The position numbers and the translations under genes were made by a program. The notes beneath the pieces are model-generated. The model had not been told where the DNA came from, did not search any database, and worked only from the letters and a program-made list of their open reading frames with translations. A stretch of 64,000 bases of DNA from Candidatus Dojkabacteria bacterium (lineage in GTDB: Bacteria; Patescibacteriota; Dojkabacteria; J137): the NCBI GenBank assembly GCA_040006935.1, contig JBDTVZ010000002.1, positions 144,174-208,173 on the forward strand. The letters are read 5' to 3'. Shown in pieces: positions 9,593 through 19,241 of this stretch; the first letter of the stretch is position 1; the number at the start of each line of letters is the position of its first letter.

Positions 9593-11127
9593 ATTCTACT
9601 TAAAACTTCTTCTTTACCTAGAATTTGAAGTGATTCGAACAATGGTGGTGAAAATGGTCCTCCTACAACTGCTACTCTTAAAACCATAAAAATATCACCT
9701 GCTTTAGAATTTGTTTCCTCGGCAATTTTTCTCATTCCAGCTTCCCATTCTTCATGAGTCCATTTTGAAGTGTCGGAATCCATAGAAGACATTAATTCCG
9801 ATATTTTAGATTTTATTATTTGTAATTGTTCTTGAACACTCTTCAATTGTTTAATACTCCAGTCAATATTGTCAGGTTTATTGTAAAAGAATTCAATTTG
9901 CTGTAATGCTTCCCAGAAACTAATTGCCCTTTCCTGTACTAAAGCTAATTGTGATTTCAGAATAGACTTATCAGCTATTACTTTTTTTGAAAGATTAATC
10001 AGTTTCTTAACTTTATCAGCATCTATATTTTCGCTTATAAGAACTTCATTTATTTCCTCAGTTGAAGTAGTGGTTAAGTATTTCTCAATCCAATTTATAA
10101 ATTCTTCTGTGTATTGATCTAAAGTTAAGGATCTTGAGTAATGACCGTTGAACCAATCCATTTTCTTTGCATCCCAATTTGGATTTGATTTCTGAGTTCC
10201 AGCTAAATCAAATATTTGAATAAACTCTTCCAATGTAAATAATTCTCTATTATCTTTTGGAGCCCATCCTAATAACATTATATAGTTTAAGATTGCAGAT
10301 TTTAAGTAACCACGAATAACTAACCCATTTATTCTGAAACTATTATTTCTTTTACTAAATTTTTTCCCTGGAGTTGCAGGATCTAAAATAACTGGGAAAT
10401 GCCCTATTAAAGGTCTATCTTCAGGTTTAATTCCCAAACCATCAAATATTAGTATATGGACAGGTGTAGAAGATAACCATTCAGTTCCTCTGAATATATA
10501 AGTAATCTTCATTATAATATCATCGTACATTGCAGCAAGGTGGTAAGTTGGAATTCCATTTGACTTAACAATAATATAATCATCCACTTCGTTCGAATTC
10601 CAAACAATGTGGTTATGAGTAATAATATCGTCAAATTCTATTTTTGTATCTTTTGGAACTTTAATTCTTACTGTAAATGGTTTGTTTTCAGCAAGATTTT
10701 TATCAATTTCTTCTTGAGTTAAATTTCTGCATAAACCATCGTATCTAGTTTGTTGTTTAGACATTGTTTGTATTTGTCTAAGTTCGTCTAGTCGTTCTTT
10801 TGTACAAAAACATCTATATGCAGATCCATTTGAAATTAGTTTTTCGTAAGCTTCCTTATAGATATCTGTTCTTTCTGTTTGAGTATATGGAGCGTATGGC
10901 CCTCCGACATCTGGTCCTTCATCCCAATTTAATCCAAATTCTTTTATCCACTTCATATTAAATTCTAGAGTACCGGGGACAAATCTTTCTTGATCTGTAT
11001 CTTCATTTCTCCATATGAATTGACCGTTATTCTTTTTTGCTAAAGCGTAACAATATAAGGCTGTCCTTAGTAAACCTAAATGACCATAACCTGTTGGACT
11101 TGGAGCAATTCGTGTTCGAATGGTCAT
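9589..11127 (-). CDS. gltX: glutamate--tRNA ligase
   Basis: RTRIAPSPTG.GHLG (HIGH), YRCFCT, PTYHLA, KFSKR (KMSKS) and SPPLF. Confidence 0.97.
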   Translation of the reverse strand: MTIRTRIAPSPTGYGHLGLLRTALYCYALAKKNNGQFIWRNEDTDQERFVPGTLEFNMKWIKEFGLNWDEGPDVGGPYAPYTQTERTDIYKEAYEKLISNGSAYRCFCTKERLDELRQIQTMSKQQTRYDGLCRNLTQEEIDKNLAENKPFTVRIKVPKDTKIEFDDIITHNHIVWNSNEVDDYIIVKSNGIPTYHLAAMYDDIIMKITYIFRGTEWLSSTPVHILIFDGLGIKPEDRPLIGHFPVILDPATPGKKFSKRNNSFRINGLVIRGYLKSAILNYIMLLGWAPKDNRELFTLEEFIQIFDLAGTQKSNPNWDAKKMDWFNGHYSRSLTLDQYTEEFINWIEKYLTTTSTEEINEVLISENIDADKVKKLINLSKKVIADKSILKSQLALVQERAISFWEALQQIEFFYNKPDNIDWSIKQLKSVQEQLQIIKSKISELMSSMDSDTSKWTHEEWEAGMRKIAEETNSKAGDIFMVLRVAVVGGPFSPPLFESLQILGKEEVLSRI

Positions 11128-11281
11128 TTATATCAATTAAAAATTAAAAGATGAGAAATTAAAAGATTCGGTACAGAATATCCTTCAATTTGATATGGGT
11201 GAATTATACATTAGATAGTGTGAGGCGCCAAATCTGAAGAGTATTTGAATAATAGCACCAAGGTTGGGATTCCTCTTTTAA

Positions 11282-11312
11282 CCTGTCGGTCGGTTTATCT
11301 GCCGAAGGCAGG
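11282..11312. repeat. cctg..cagg short palindromic element
   Basis: cctgtcggtcggtttatctgccgaaggcagg within a ttttaa/tcttaat heptamer arm. Confidence 0.6.
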
Positions 11313-11331
11313 ATCTTAATTTTTAATTGAT

Positions 11332-12564
11332 TTACTGGCTACTCGCAATACTTAAGCAAGTGCTCCGCTTCCCATTCACATAACTAGTACAAGCACCTTT
11401 CATACTTTCAGCTGTTCCTACATATGTAGATTTGTAGTAATTATTAGCATCACTAAAACAGTCTTCTATATTTTTTTGAATGTTTAAAGAGTCGCATAGT
11501 TTATAGGCAAAACTTAAATCCCACGTATTATCTATCAAGGCATAAATAGCTCCGTCCATACATGGCCTTACGTTTTCCTTTGCGGTATCTTCACATGCAG
11601 TTACAACATAGGACACATTGCCTGTTCGAACGTAATTACTTAAGTCTCTACCCATTGAAACAAAACATTGCGGCATATAGTCACCAGTTTTTTTACATTC
11701 ATCGACTACTTGCTGATTATTTAATCCATATTCTGACATAACACTAGTTTGCATTAGGTAACAATCTGCTTTGTATTTATTATCTAAACGAGAACATGGA
11801 TAGAGTGGATCGTCTGCTTTTAAATCTCTTTTCTTTTTATCAAAAGCAGTTACATTTTCCATAATTACTCCCCCATAGCAAGATGATCGATCATAATTTG
11901 TAGGTAGAAGATCACAAGATTTTAAGGATGCATCCAGGTCGTAATCTAATGTATACATAAGTGCATGTCCAACTCCATGTAGGCACTGAAAAATAACCGC
12001 ATTGCTTGGGTTTTTAAATTTATCTTTATCGCAAATTCCTGGAATTTTTTCTTTCATATCATCATAGGTCAAATGCTTATAGTCTGAACTTAACTCAGTA
12101 TCACTATAGAAAAGTCTTTCCATTACTCCATGATAACAACCCGAGTGACATGTTTGATCGCAGGCTTCGAATGCGTCCCCAATATTACCTTTCAATTTGT
12201 ATGTCAATCTTCCAATAGCGTGAACAATTGGATGGCAATCATTTTCGATAGTTGTGCTTGTGGACCTTGCTGCTTCCAAATCTGCTAGAACTTGTTTTGT
12301 TGTTTCACCTGTCCCTTGGAAATAACTCACCATAAAATCATCCAAACATTTTTGCTGCTCATCTTCTGATTTGGAAAAACATTCTTCTACTTTAGTCATA
12401 TCCATAGTGCCAGAAGTTTTGATATTTTGTGGTATTATCTGATTACTAGTAGGTGAAAGACTATTTGCTGATAATATTGTGACAATAGCAAAACCTATTG
12501 CTAGAATGGCAAAGGCCATTAGAGAAATAAATGTTAGTTGTTTTTTATTAACTTTTATAACCAT
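11332..12564 (-). CDS. membrane-anchored Cys/His-rich helical repeat protein (CxHGxGH-type repeats)
   Basis: N-terminal TM; CHPIVHAIGR, CHSGCYHGVME, CLHGVGHALM and CYGGVIME repeats. Confidence 0.7.
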   Translation of the reverse strand: MVIKVNKKQLTFISLMAFAILAIGFAIVTILSANSLSPTSNQIIPQNIKTSGTMDMTKVEECFSKSEDEQQKCLDDFMVSYFQGTGETTKQVLADLEAARSTSTTIENDCHPIVHAIGRLTYKLKGNIGDAFEACDQTCHSGCYHGVMERLFYSDTELSSDYKHLTYDDMKEKIPGICDKDKFKNPSNAVIFQCLHGVGHALMYTLDYDLDASLKSCDLLPTNYDRSSCYGGVIMENVTAFDKKKRDLKADDPLYPCSRLDNKYKADCYLMQTSVMSEYGLNNQQVVDECKKTGDYMPQCFVSMGRDLSNYVRTGNVSYVVTACEDTAKENVRPCMDGAIYALIDNTWDLSFAYKLCDSLNIQKNIEDCFSDANNYYKSTYVGTAESMKGACTSYVNGKRSTCLSIASSQ

Positions 12565-12570
12565 AAATTT

Positions 12571-13473
12571 ATGCGTGAAAATTCCTTAAGATTATACACA
12601 AAAATATTCATTATTATTCTAGCACTTCTAGTATTTTCACCTTTTTATAAAATTTCTGCTCATAACGCAACTAGCTCACCTTGGCTATATATAAACTCAC
12701 AAGCAATTACTGAAGATGATGAGAATCCAACACCAAACCCATCTAAACTAAAATGGGGAGAGCATTATTTAACTCAACAATTTAATCCAGGTGATACTTT
12801 AGAAGTGCAAGTCGATAAAAATGTGATTGTAAGAGATTTAGAAGTAAAGGAATCTAGTATTATTGAACATTTTGATCTAACACTTCCAGATAACTCTGTT
12901 AAGACTTTTAAAGATAATTTTTCAGAGAGCTTGAGTTCAACCGGGAATTACTTTTTAGATGTTAAAGTGAGTAAGAATACTGGTGAAGAGTTAATCCTAG
13001 AGAGTGTAATGTTTATAGTCGGGAATAAAATAGAGCAGTCTAAGTTTAAAGTAAACGGAACTGAAATTGATATTACCTCTGCGGCACCCACCTTTTTATT
13101 GAACAATGACTTTAATTTAGTCTTTGAAGTTATAAATCCAGAGAATAATAAATATAATTATCAATGGGATTTAGGTACTAGTCAAATTAAAGAAGGCGAT
13201 AGAGTAGAATATAATTTTGAAACTGCAAAAATACCTATATATGTTGTACTGAGAACAACTGATAAATCGACTGATATTTTTATCGATTCCTTTGTAAGAA
13301 TAGATTCTGACAGTGAGAATGTTTTTAAAATTCCAGCACCACCAGTTAAGGTTCCTGATGACCCTGCCCGAAGCTCTAATGTTTTCACTCCCCTAGTTCT
13401 AATTTTGGGAGGAATAGCAGGTTTAGGAATCATTTTATTAATTTGGTTTTTAATTATCAAGAAAAGGGATTAA
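12571..13473 (+). CDS. surface protein with PKD-like domain, signal peptide and C-terminal TM anchor
   Basis: Signal peptide ending ISA-H, YNYQWDLG PKD-like motif, Pro-rich linker, then TM plus KKRD. Start taken at ATG 12571. Confidence 0.6.
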   Translation: MRENSLRLYTKIFIIILALLVFSPFYKISAHNATSSPWLYINSQAITEDDENPTPNPSKLKWGEHYLTQQFNPGDTLEVQVDKNVIVRDLEVKESSIIEHFDLTLPDNSVKTFKDNFSESLSSTGNYFLDVKVSKNTGEELILESVMFIVGNKIEQSKFKVNGTEIDITSAAPTFLLNNDFNLVFEVINPENNKYNYQWDLGTSQIKEGDRVEYNFETAKIPIYVVLRTTDKSTDIFIDSFVRIDSDSENVFKIPAPPVKVPDDPARSSNVFTPLVLILGGIAGLGIILLIWFLIIKKRD

Positions 13474-13506
13474 CTCTGATATAATCAGCAGATTAAGAAC
13501 ATTACT

Positions 13507-14295
13507 ATGCTAAAGCTAGAAAAACTATTTATAAAATTAACTGAAGAAAATAAAGAAATTGTTTCTGGAGTAAGCTTGGAATTTAAACCAGGAGAGGTTC
13601 ATTTACTAAATGGAAAGAACGGTTCGGGGAAAAGTACATTGGTAAATTCATTAATGGGTAATCCAATTTATACAATCACCTCCGGATCTATTTCTATTGA
13701 AAATGAAGAATATTCCGACTTCACAATCTCCAAAATAGATGGGGAGTCTGTTCAAAGAAACTTAAAACTTACCGTGCCTGACGGACGGCAGGAAACTTAT
13801 GACTTAAAACTTTCTTTGATGGAACCAAATGAAAGATCTTTGGCTGGAGTATTCTTAGCTAACCAATACCCAATGGAAATCCCTGGGGTAAGTTTGAGTA
13901 GTTATTTAAGGCTTATATATAATTCACGAAGGCCTAAAGAAGAACAGTTAAATGTATATAAATTTAAACAATTTTTAAAAGAGAGGGCAGAGATAATAAA
14001 ATACCCAGAAGCATTACTATTGAGAAATCTTAATGAAGGGTTTTCTGGAGGAGAAAAGAAAAAAACAGAAATTTTACAAATGCTGATTTTAGAACCACGC
14101 TATGTAATGTTGGATGAAATAGACTCTGGACTAGATAAACATTCAGTTAAAGAAGTTTTTGAAGGTTTAGTTAACTTCAAGAAAGAATTTTCAAATACTT
14201 GTTTTATTATAATTACTCACTATGACAAGGTTCAAGAGTATTTAACTCCAGATTTTGTTCATGAAATGGAGAAGGGGAAGCTAATTATAAATTAA
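13507..14295 (+). CDS. sufC: Fe-S cluster assembly ATPase SufC
   Basis: GKNGSGKST, QYPMEIPGV, LNEGFSGGEKKK, LDEIDSGLD and IITH. Carries an ~30 aa insertion. Confidence 0.88.
   Translation: MLKLEKLFIKLTEENKEIVSGVSLEFKPGEVHLLNGKNGSGKSTLVNSLMGNPIYTITSGSISIENEEYSDFTISKIDGESVQRNLKLTVPDGRQETYDLKLSLMEPNERSLAGVFLANQYPMEIPGVSLSSYLRLIYNSRRPKEEQLNVYKFKQFLKERAEIIKYPEALLLRNLNEGFSGGEKKKTEILQMLILEPRYVMLDEIDSGLDKHSVKEVFEGLVNFKKEFSNTCFIIITHYDKVQEYLTPDFVHEMEKGKLIIN
13757..13812 (+). repeat. In-frame composite repeat in sufC (heptamer array plus 21-bp insert)
   Basis: gaaactt aaaactt a[ccgtgcctgacggacggcagg 13772-13792]aaactt atgactt aaaactt. Confidence 0.8.
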
Positions 14296-14302
14296 GAATT
14301 AT

Positions 14303-14399
14303 TTGTCATTGCGAGGATCCGCTCGAGCGGAGACGAAGCAATCTCATTAAGATACCAGGTCACGGGATTGCTTCGTCATTTCATTCCTCGCAATGACAA
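14303..14399. repeat. REP/RPE-like palindromic element (MITE-like)
   Basis: Perfect 15-bp terminal IR ttgtcattgcgagga/tcctcgcaatgacaa, inner IR gacgaagcaatctc/gggattgcttcgtc, and palindrome tccgctcgagcgga. Confidence 0.9.
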
Positions 14400-14473
14400 C
14401 AATTTTCTGGACTTGAACTCAAATCCTGTATATACTATTATTTAGCACTTTTAATTACACTTATAATATTCTT

Positions 14474-15754
14474 ATGGCAAGAACAAAAACAACCTCCTTT
14501 AGTAGCCTTGAGGAATCTCCTTTATTAAGCAGGAAGCCAGGGCAGAGTACAATTAATGTAAATAAATTTGATCAAGCAAGATTTACAGAGATTGTAGATG
14601 ATGGTCCTAGCACTAGTCCAGTTAAAATAATTATTTATATAGTTATAGTTATAGTTGTTGGTGTAGGGGCAGCTTTACTACTTAGAAGCCTTATTACAAA
14701 CAATCAGCCAACTACAAATACTGGTACACCACCTGCAGCTAATTCTAGTAAAGTTACTATAGGTACAGTTACTAAAGCTGATAGTACCGCAACAAGCTTA
14801 GCAGCAAATGAAGATTATACAGATTCTGGAATCACTAAAGCGGGGGATCCAGCAACTACCGGAGTAAATACAACAGTTGATACATTAGATTTTAGTAAAT
14901 ATACTACTTTTGCTAGACTAGAGTTTGGATTAACAGGAAATAATGGGAAGCTTCCAACAACCAATTTAACTTACTCCGCAGCTGAAAAATCTTTAACAGT
15001 AAACATTCCTGAGCTTAAAAGTGTAAGTACAGATTTACAAAAACAAATCGATATAAACAATATTATTAAAAATATCACATTTGATTCGGCAACAAAGAAC
15101 TTTAAAATCACTTTTGTTGAAGATACAAAATACAGAGTAGTTCCAAATACTACAAATTTAACAATTGATTTCAAAACAGTGAAAGAATTGGCTAAACCAG
15201 TAACTGCTACTACACCACCACCAGTTACACCAACTCCAACACCAGCCATTGTGCCCCCTACAACTACTGATCCTGCAAGACCTGCTTCACCACACTTTAC
15301 TAATGATTTTTCGCAAGATAAACAATATGTAGTGAGTAGCCTCACAGGAGATACAATTTCTCACAATATTTACTACTTTGATGATTTGAATACATCTTTT
15401 GAGTTTAGTTGGGGACAAAAGAATTCCGTAGGTGATAATTATGTACCTAATGCAACTGCATATTACGATACTTCTGCACCAAGTGGAAAAACCTACTTGA
15501 TAGTAGAAATTTCTAATTTATCTGGAGAGATTATGTCAGCTAACGGAGTTACTGGATTAAGCGCTGGGGATATTCAAAATAAAACTGGAGCTAATACGAC
15601 GGGAGCTAATCTTGTTCGAATAGATCTACTTTCATTTACAGGTGGAGTAGCAAAGTATAGATTCGAACTGAAGGATAAAGCTGACTTTAAACTTTGGACT
15701 CAAAAAACAGTAGATAATTTAACTCAGGTTATAAGCATAAATATAGAAGATTAA
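14474..15754 (+). CDS. membrane-anchored Thr/Pro-rich protein with two beta-rich (possibly AMIN-like) domains
   Basis: Single TM and a PT-rich linker. The domain call is tentative. Confidence 0.6.
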   Translation: MARTKTTSFSSLEESPLLSRKPGQSTINVNKFDQARFTEIVDDGPSTSPVKIIIYIVIVIVVGVGAALLLRSLITNNQPTTNTGTPPAANSSKVTIGTVTKADSTATSLAANEDYTDSGITKAGDPATTGVNTTVDTLDFSKYTTFARLEFGLTGNNGKLPTTNLTYSAAEKSLTVNIPELKSVSTDLQKQIDINNIIKNITFDSATKNFKITFVEDTKYRVVPNTTNLTIDFKTVKELAKPVTATTPPPVTPTPTPAIVPPTTTDPARPASPHFTNDFSQDKQYVVSSLTGDTISHNIYYFDDLNTSFEFSWGQKNSVGDNYVPNATAYYDTSAPSGKTYLIVEISNLSGEIMSANGVTGLSAGDIQNKTGANTTGANLVRIDLLSFTGGVAKYRFELKDKADFKLWTQKTVDNLTQVISINIED

Positions 15755-15823
15755 ATTAAATAGAGCTCCTCTCAGCATTTTTTTAAAACAAGAAGTGGAG
15801 AGGGGTATTTTTATTTAAAATTT

Positions 15824-16297
15824 ATGTCAATTTTCAATAAAAGCGAATGGGGTAAACTTCACATAGCAAAGTTCAGTAACTGGACTTTAACTTTACAAGG
15901 CGATCAGCATTTATTAGGATGGATGATGATATTCCCACCACGCAAGATAACAGGACCATTCACCTTACTAACAGATCAAGAACTTGTAGAATTAAAGAGG
16001 ATTTGTATCATTGTAGAGAATTTACAGAAAGAACTCTTTAATGCAGAATGGTTCAATTATTTACAAGCCGGTAACCATGATGGTACCTTACATATAAACG
16101 TACAGCCAAGATATTCTTCACAAAGAGAACTCGAAGGTTTTGTTTTCAAGGATGAGAATTGGGGACATCTAGCAAAACTATTACCAGATAATGAACTTGC
16201 GCCAAAAGATATAGTTTTAAAAATAGTTACAAAAGTACGAGAAGTTATAGCAAAAAATAAATACCCTGAATTTACAGTAGAGATATCGGAGAATTAA
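15824..16297 (+). CDS. HIT-superfamily protein with degenerate triad
   Basis: FNAEWFNYLQAGN..TLHINVQPRY matches the HIT HxHxHxxPR region. Confidence 0.7.
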   Translation: MSIFNKSEWGKLHIAKFSNWTLTLQGDQHLLGWMMIFPPRKITGPFTLLTDQELVELKRICIIVENLQKELFNAEWFNYLQAGNHDGTLHINVQPRYSSQRELEGFVFKDENWGHLAKLLPDNELAPKDIVLKIVTKVREVIAKNKYPEFTVEISEN

Positions 16298-18321
16298 TTT
16301 TCAAATATCTTTTGATGTAAATCTTTTGCTTCTGTATCGCTTAATCCAAAGTAATAAATTCTTACTGTATATTTAGTCTCCATAGAATCTTTACTAAACT
16401 TATCCACAATTTCTGTTTTCCATAACTTATCCACATTCGATTTTAATTTATCATTTACAAAGATTTCTATATTTTGATTATTTTCTAAGTTAATATTAAC
16501 GTCTAATGCTACTAATTTCGATTCAACCTCAATTCCTCCATTTGCATTTACTCTACTCATTATTTCATCAACTGCGGTTAGATTAACTTCTGCCACTATG
16601 CACTCTAATGAATTTATTTTGTTAGATACGTAAATAACACCAAGTTTCATGTCTTTATATTGGATATCCAAACATGTTGCTGGATGGGCTGTTTCAGGAT
16701 AATTCTGAGATTTTATATAATAAATTTCTGTTAAGCCTAAAGTTCTTAAAACGTAGTCTACGTTGAGTTTTAGGCTTTCCAAATCCTTGTTATCAGATAA
16801 CATTCCTAGAGAATAATGCTCCTCGTATTTAGATAATCCCACCCCACCTGCCGGGTTTAAGATTTCTGAATTTAATGAATGGCTGGCTGGTCCTTCATTT
16901 TTTAATTTTCCAAATACCTTCCCAATTTCAAAAATATTTATATTTGGAATGTTATTTTTCTTATAATTTTCGAGCTGGCTAAAAAGACTAACTGAGATGC
17001 TTTGTCTTAAGGTTGGAACTTCTTCGTTTATAGAATTCGTAACATTGACAGCTTCGGTATCTGAATAATTTGCAAGCCTATTTTTTTCTGTATCAACCAA
17101 TACCCAGCTTCTTACTTCGTCAAATCCTCTGGAAGCAAGCATATTTTGTACTTGACCATTGAGCTTCACTCTACTTGGCGTAATATCTTTTGTAGATTCA
17201 ACTAATAGTTTATCCATTGGTATTAAGTCGTAGCCTTTGAGTCTGACTATTTCCTCGATAAGATCCTCAGGGAAGCTGACATCAAGGCGATTTAGAGCGT
17301 TTTGAACTACTAAAAAGCCATTTTCTTCAGAAATAACTTTAAAACCTAAGCGTGCAAGATATATTTTGCATTCTTCTGATGTAATGTCTAATCCCGCAAT
17401 TTGTGATACTTTTGCAAGTTCTAATTTGATATCTAACTTTGGAGTTGGATGTAAATAGTTATCGTAAACCTCGCTTACAACTTTGCCAGATGTATATTTA
17501 AGGATTAAATTTACTAAAATATTAAAAGCTTCTGGAATACTTTCGGGATCCATGAATTTTTCTAATCTTTGTGAGGCTTCTGTCATAACTCGCATTCCTC
17601 TAGAGTTTCTTCTAATTAATCCACCATCGTAAACAGCCATTTCTACAAGAATATTGTTCGTTTTAGGGTTGATAGCGCTATTTTTACCGCCCACTACTCC
17701 AGCTATGGCCATTGGTTCTACTTCATTTGTAACTAGTAAAGTATCTTTAGTTAACTCAACATCATTACCATCAAGGGAGGTCATTTTTTTAAATATTGGA
17801 TTAATTTCCCAGAAAAGCTTTCCACCTTCTATCAAATCCCAATCAAATGCATGTGATGGGTGTCCTGTTTCGAGCATTACATAGTTTGTAAGGTCTACAA
17901 GACTGTTAACGGGATTAATATCGTAAAATGCAAGATATTGCTTTAGCCAATCCGGAGATTCGTTAATTTGTACATCAGAGATCCTTACGCCCATTAACCT
18001 TTTTACTGAATCTGTAGCTCTTACTTCTATATTAACTTTTTCTGAAGAATTACTAGAAAATTCTGTTATGAATTCTTCTGGAAGTCTAACTTCAATATTG
18101 TAGTATGCCGAAAGTTCTCTCACCAAACCCATTACTCCGAAGCAATCTGCTCTATTCTGTCGAACTTCTAGATCCAGCAAATAGTCTTTTTTACCTAGAT
18201 ACTCTACTTCAAAAAATTTATCCAGCATATATCCTATTATCGTAAAGGCTTTTGCAGTTTCTTTTGGATCAGATTTTAGGTCTGGTAAGTACTTTTTTAG
18301 CTGAGAGTAAAGAACTTTCAT
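16294..18321 (-). CDS. pheT: phenylalanine--tRNA ligase beta subunit (short form lacking the OB tRNA-binding domain)
   Basis: NRADCFGVMGLVRE, VDLTNYVMLETGHPSHAFD, DLIEEIVRLKGYD and IFEIGKVF. Confidence 0.95.
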   Translation of the reverse strand: MKVLYSQLKKYLPDLKSDPKETAKAFTIIGYMLDKFFEVEYLGKKDYLLDLEVRQNRADCFGVMGLVRELSAYYNIEVRLPEEFITEFSSNSSEKVNIEVRATDSVKRLMGVRISDVQINESPDWLKQYLAFYDINPVNSLVDLTNYVMLETGHPSHAFDWDLIEGGKLFWEINPIFKKMTSLDGNDVELTKDTLLVTNEVEPMAIAGVVGGKNSAINPKTNNILVEMAVYDGGLIRRNSRGMRVMTEASQRLEKFMDPESIPEAFNILVNLILKYTSGKVVSEVYDNYLHPTPKLDIKLELAKVSQIAGLDITSEECKIYLARLGFKVISEENGFLVVQNALNRLDVSFPEDLIEEIVRLKGYDLIPMDKLLVESTKDITPSRVKLNGQVQNMLASRGFDEVRSWVLVDTEKNRLANYSDTEAVNVTNSINEEVPTLRQSISVSLFSQLENYKKNNIPNINIFEIGKVFGKLKNEGPASHSLNSEILNPAGGVGLSKYEEHYSLGMLSDNKDLESLKLNVDYVLRTLGLTEIYYIKSQNYPETAHPATCLDIQYKDMKLGVIYVSNKINSLECIVAEVNLTAVDEIMSRVNANGGIEVESKLVALDVNINLENNQNIEIFVNDKLKSNVDKLWKTEIVDKFSKDSMETKYTVRIYYFGLSDTEAKDLHQKIFEN

Positions 18322-18330
18322 ATTATTTAG

Positions 18331-19080
18331 TTATAAAACGGAATTTAAAATTTCTCTAGAATTGATTTTAACCGACATTGTGTTTTCTAGCCACTCTAAA
18401 TGAGTTCTTAATAATTTTATTTCTTCTTCTGGATCCAATTTGAGCTTTATGCCCATCTTGAAATCATTTTCTAAAATATACCTTTGTGCCTTGTATATTC
18501 TGGAAGATACTTTATCTGAATTAGAATAGTAGCTATTTTCCTTTACTGTACTGTCAGAAACATAGCCTACTTCTCCTGGCATACTGTATACATTCTCCGA
18601 ATTCAACTGTTCGTCAGTAGCTAAACTTTTATCTAGTTCTGGCAAAACTCCTGAATGATTTAATAACTTTATTAAGAATATTGCGCAAGCTAAGACTTTT
18701 TTTTCTCTACTTTCTAATAAAGTATTATATAAGATTTTATATAGTTCCACATCTTTATTTTCCTCATAACAAAAGTCATCTACTACTTCGCAAATTAATT
18801 GCAAAAGAGCTATGGACTTAAGATCTTTTTTCCATGGAGAAAAATCGTTTATTACGGAAATTTCGATGAGAGTTGCGAGTGTTGAGCCAGTAATTGCTTT
18901 TATATTGACGAGATTTCCGATTTCTAACCCATGGGCCTTTCTACTTCCTGCTTTTTTAACACTTTTAGCAAAGCTTGCTAATTTGCTTCCATCTTCTAGA
19001 ATTATGTATGCAACTTTATCCTGTGAACCGGAATTAAATACTCTGTAAATTATACCTTTGTAGGATTGCGTTAACCTCAT
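18331..19080 (-). CDS. recO: DNA repair protein RecO
   Basis: N-terminal OB fold (GIIYR..DK..GSKLASFAKSVKK..SR) and helical C-terminal domain with LLNHSGVLPEL. Zn cysteines are absent. Confidence 0.8.
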   Translation of the reverse strand: MRLTQSYKGIIYRVFNSGSQDKVAYIILEDGSKLASFAKSVKKAGSRKAHGLEIGNLVNIKAITGSTLATLIEISVINDFSPWKKDLKSIALLQLICEVVDDFCYEENKDVELYKILYNTLLESREKKVLACAIFLIKLLNHSGVLPELDKSLATDEQLNSENVYSMPGEVGYVSDSTVKENSYYSNSDKVSSRIYKAQRYILENDFKMGIKLKLDPEEEIKLLRTHLEWLENTMSVKINSREILNSVL

Positions 19081-19141
19081 AAATAATTTTAGCACTGGTA
19101 TGATTACAGAGGGCTGCTACTCCAAAAGATAATCCAACCCA

Positions 19142-19235
19142 TGTAGATAAGACTGCCAAGAGTTAATTAACGGTGGGCTAAAGCCAATAGAAATTTAAGT
19201 CTCGCAAGCTCTTCTAGATTTCTAATAGTAACGTC
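19142..19235. repeat. ~90-bp structured intergenic element, copy A
   Basis: Shares tgtagataa, ctgcca, ggtgg, taaagccaatagaaat and agatttctaa, in the same order, with 47610-47699. Confidence 0.7.
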
Positions 19236-19241
19236 AGAATA

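Noticed and set aside
15766-15812. ctcctctc..gagagggg hairpin as a firm terminator
   Set aside because: The loop is long, and it may be a decayed copy of the ccctctcc/ggagaggg repeat; it cannot be assigned.
19142-19235. Cas12a-like direct repeat (tgtagat / atttcta words)
   Set aside because: The words are in the wrong order and spacing, there is no array, and the two copies are 28 kb apart.
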